Assembly (NCBI GenBank): GCA_964016885.1
Contig: OZ024743.1
Span: forward strand, 225,246,001-225,310,000
DNA: 64,000 bases
From: Eledone cirrhosa
Taxonomy: Eukaryota
Direction of reading: 5' to 3'
Below are positions 60,001 to 64,000 of this stretch, piece by piece (positions within the stretch are counted from its first letter, which is position 1; every line of letters begins with the position of its first letter). The translations under genes were made by a program, and so were the position numbers. A model generated the notes under the pieces. It searched no databases and was not told the origin of the DNA. It worked only from the letters and a program-made list of their open reading frames with translations.

Positions 60001-60657
60001 AAAAATTAGAAATAAGAGGGATCAGATGTTGTTTACTCTAGAGAAGACTACGTTGGTATGGTCACTTGATGCGCATGAAAGACGACAGCTGTATAAAAAA
60101 AAGTGCAGGGCAATAAAAATAGACGGTAGCCACGGAATAGGCAGATCCAGAAAAACCTGGAACGACTTGATAAATTCCGACCTCACACACTTACACCTCT
60201 CCAAGACAATGTCACTGGACCGAAATCTTTGGCGCTACATAGTAATAGAGAAGACCCGCCTTACCTAAGTACAAAGTGAAACCTACTATAGTCAGTAGGC
60301 ACCTCTAACAAAATACACCCCCGTCCCACTACCCCCACCCCATCCACACCACCCCTTTCAATGTAAAGTTATGTTGGTACCACAACATCCAGCCCGAAAC
60401 AAATGAGGTCGTGTAGGTGTCAAAAAAACACACAGTCCACGCTGTAATGTGGCCGTGTAGGTAACATGGTAAAAACCTCCCATTTCCACACTGTAAATGT
60501 GGTTGGTGTTAGGAAGGGCATCCAGCCGTAGAAAACCCGCCAGACAGTCCTATGCGAGCAAGACAACCACTCTTGCCTCAAGTGGGAAAACTGCTGTCCA
60601 AACCCATGCAAGCGTGGAATATGGACGTTAAACGATGATGATGATGATGATGATGAT
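60001..60657 (+). mobile_element. 5'-truncated RTE 3' fragment with (GAT)n tail
   Basis: Collinear with 22762-23400. Confidence 0.9.
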
Positions 60658-60702
60658 ATATATATATATATATATATGCATATATATATATATATATATA
60701 TA

Positions 60703-60830
<128 letters not shown>

Positions 60831-60844
60831 TATACATATATATA

Positions 60845-60917
<73 letters not shown>

Positions 60918-60923
<6 letters not shown>

Positions 60924-63900
60924 ATGCTTTGGGAGGGTCATGTTGCCAATAAGAAACACACGCACCAGTTGCTTTCACTTCAATTTATTATAAATTCAAT
61001 TTAAAAATTTAGGAATTCATAAATTTTCAGTTGGTTGGTTGGTTCCACAACCAGACGGTTGTTCATATATTGTCAAAGTTCTTTCGTCACACATTTTGTG
61101 ACCTCTTCAGTAACTGGGAATTCTTTTCTTTTCTTTGTTTTTGTGCCTCTCCTTTGTTCTGTCCTACGGCATCTTGTTTTTGTGTGTGTTGTGTGCTTAG
61201 TTGGCGCATGTGTTACATCCGGGTGTATGTGTGTGTTTATATTTGTTTATTTATTTGTTTATTTACATGTTACTGGTTGGTTGTTTGTTCTATGTGTGTG
61301 TGTGTTTTCATTTTGTCCTTAATTGTAAGTTGTAATGTTGCTATTCCATTCATGTTTTCTATTTAATTTTGGTTGGAGTTCATTTATGTTTATTGCCTCT
61401 GTGATTTGTCTAAACATTGCGTCTTTTCTGTGTGCAGATTCTATTTTTATTTCTATGTTCTCTAATTTACCCTTATGTTCTATTTTAGCATGTTAGTGGA
61501 GTACAGATGATTCTTTACTATCTTGAGGCTCTCGCCAGTGTTCATTTATCCTTTCTCCTATACTACGAGCTGTCTCACCTATGTACACTATATTCTTATC
61601 TCTACATTGTCCTTCAGTACATCTTATGCTATATACTACATTTCTAGTTTTACAGTTAATATGGGGGCTTAGTTTACAGAATATACATTTCTTATCCATA
61701 CAGGGAGGTCTTTGAAAAGGGTATGTATTGCTAATAAGTGTTTTTATGGAGGTACCTGGTCTTTCTACTATCTTAATATTGAGTTTATGTTTATCTAGGG
61801 CCCTTCTAAATTTGTAAGGTAATTCACCTCTATGGCTTGTATTGATGAACATTACACTCTGGTATTTATTGCTATCATACCATGAGTTTATTCTATTAAC
61901 CTTATTCCTAGTTCTTTCTATTCTATTCCAAAATTTGCTCCTATACAAGGGGCAGGTCCCATTTGTATCATTATTTACCATTTTTTCCCATTTGGTTCTG
62001 GCTCCTCTATATACTCTGATTTTATCACTCTGATTGTAACCAGAGGACTGCATACGGTGGATGAAGTGTTGTATGTGTATCTCTAGTTCTTTGGGGTTGC
62101 ACATGCAGGACACGTTTCTCATCACCCATACCAAATCTGCAATCAGTATGTTGATTTTGGTGTGGTCCAAAACAGCTGAGTTTCGGTGGATCAGATATTT
62201 GGTAGTCATGGGTTTGGCATAATGGGAATGGAGGATTTGTTTTTTGTTATTAATGGTATCTAACCAGAGCTCTGTATGTAGTACAGGTAATCAATAGTTG
62301 GGGTGTTTGTTTGGGTAGTCTATAGTAACTCTAATGCTCTGGTGGATGGAGTTAGCTATTTGCTGGATGCTTTCCATTGTGTTTTTCTCTAATTCCTGAC
62401 TGTTCTCTAGTGGGGGTGTTTTTACTACGATGTTTATATCATCAACGTAGCGGGAGTACATTATCAGGGTTAAGAGGTTGCTGTCATCTAATTGTTCTTT
62501 AAGTTTAACTTTAAGTCTATTGTCCCACCATACCATGAATAGGTTAGCTATGTCACCTGCAATGCTAACACCAATGGCTGCTCCCTCCTCTTGGGCATGT
62601 TTTTCCATTAAATTTGAACATATGTTCCTTAAGGGTTAATTTTATACTAGCCCCACTGCATATGCAATCATTTTATTTAGTTCATCGTGGTTTTCGGGGG
62701 TCCGTATGGCTCTGGTCCACCCGTTCCATCTATCTGTGTGGGTTTTATTGGCCATTGAGGTAATGGTTGGTGGTCTGCCTCTTGCTGGTCTTGTAGGGCA
62801 CAGGCTGCTAAGGTCATATGTATCTAGATAATCATTACTATAGGTAAGTTTAAGTAGGAGTCCCAGCTCACTGGTATCAATCCCACGGATCTCAACATTG
62901 CTCTCACTGATCATTTCTACGCATTTCTCAACAGCAAAATCCACGTCAATAGATGGATATAGGGACACAACATCCATACTGCGTATTATGCAGTTTGTTA
63001 GGTCCCTAGATCGGTTACTTTCGTTGATTCTGCTGAGGAGGTCCTCCGTGCTATCACATATATCTGGGGACATTTCAATGATGGGGCGTATGATCAGGGA
63101 GAAGAAGTAGGAAAGTCTGTAGTTACTAGCAATGTTAGCTCCACAGACTGGCCGAGTTGGTGGTCCTGTGACAGGGTCACTGCTCATTTTATGGTCTTTT
63201 TGAAGCTTATACAACGCTGGCACGTCATTGTTTCAGGCCTGGAAGTTGTTGGCAGTCCTTTTGTTGGGCTGCATTATGTTTGTCCATATCATCTTATGGG
63301 CATTGAGGGTTTTTTCCCTATCCTCATGCTCTTGTGGTGTTACTTCTCTTGTGTTAGTGATGTGGGGTTGCATTGCCGGGATGTAGTTTGGCAGACTGTC
63401 AACCGACATTCTGCCAGACTTGTCTGTTGGAAAGCATGCAATCTCTCCATTATGTGAGCGCTGCATGAGCTTATGCAAGCCATTTGCAGATTTTTCTCCC
63501 AGTTGCTGGGCCTCCATTCTATTTTGGATTCTATTTTTATTTCCATGTTCTCTAATCTACCCCTGTGTTCTATCTTAGCATGTTGGTAGAGCACAGATGA
63601 TTCTTTATTATCTTGGAGGTCTCGCCAGTGTTCATTTATTCGTTCCCCTATACTACGAGCTGTCTCACCTATGTACACTATATTTTTGTTTCTACATTGT
63701 CCTTCTGTACATCTTATGCTATACACTACATTTCTAGTTTTACAGTTAATATGGGGGCTTATCATCTGTGCTCTACCAACATGCTAAGATAGAACACAGG
63801 GGTAGATTAGAGAACATAGAAATAAAAATAGAATCCACACACAGAAAAGACGCAATGTTTAGGCAAATTACAGAGGCAGTAAGCATAAAAGAATTAAAAC

Positions 63901-64000
63901 CAAAATTAAATAGAAAATATGAGTGGAACAGCAACATCACAACTTACAATTAAGGACAAAATGAAAACACACACAGGACAAAATGAAAACACACACACAC
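60918..64000 (-). mobile_element. Neptune-like Penelope element (RT + GIY-YIG), frameshifted, with duplicated and inverted 3' segments
   Basis: TDKSGR, LYKLQKDHK..RPV, SMDVVSLYPSI, GAAIG, RYVDD; CMDKKCIFC linker; VVYSIRC..YIGETAR..RINEH; degenerate HHR at 61072-61114 (-); EN segment repeated at 63525-63745 (-) and inverted at 63746-64000 (+). Confidence 0.88.

Overview
Eukaryotic, AT-rich, repeat-saturated animal DNA; I found no supportable host protein-coding gene. The RTE LINEs with (GAT)n tails and the tRNA-derived SINEs look cephalopod/octopus-like (inference). Bases 1-28 kb hold SINEs, MITEs, RTE fragments and one near full-length, inactivated RTE LINE (about 19.2-23.4 kb). Bases 28-64 kb are a scaffold of very long (TA)n arrays punctuated by TGCA. 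Embedded in them are at least four Penelope-like (PLE; RT + GIY-YIG) families with inverted tails, a deleted DD37D Tc1/mariner element and more RTE pieces. The most notable feature is non-coding: more than 20 hammerhead ribozyme (HHR) motifs, all folded by eye. They include (i) pLTR HHRs with palindromic helix III; (ii) three retrozyme-like tandem arrays with 310, 631 and ~670 bp units, one inserted antisense into a PLE stop codon with a 13-bp TSD; (iii) two U3-A8 compensatory-core variants; and (iv) two diverged copies of a non-circularly permuted (pseudoknotted) hammerhead supported by covariation. None of the ribozyme calls has been tested computationally or experimentally.
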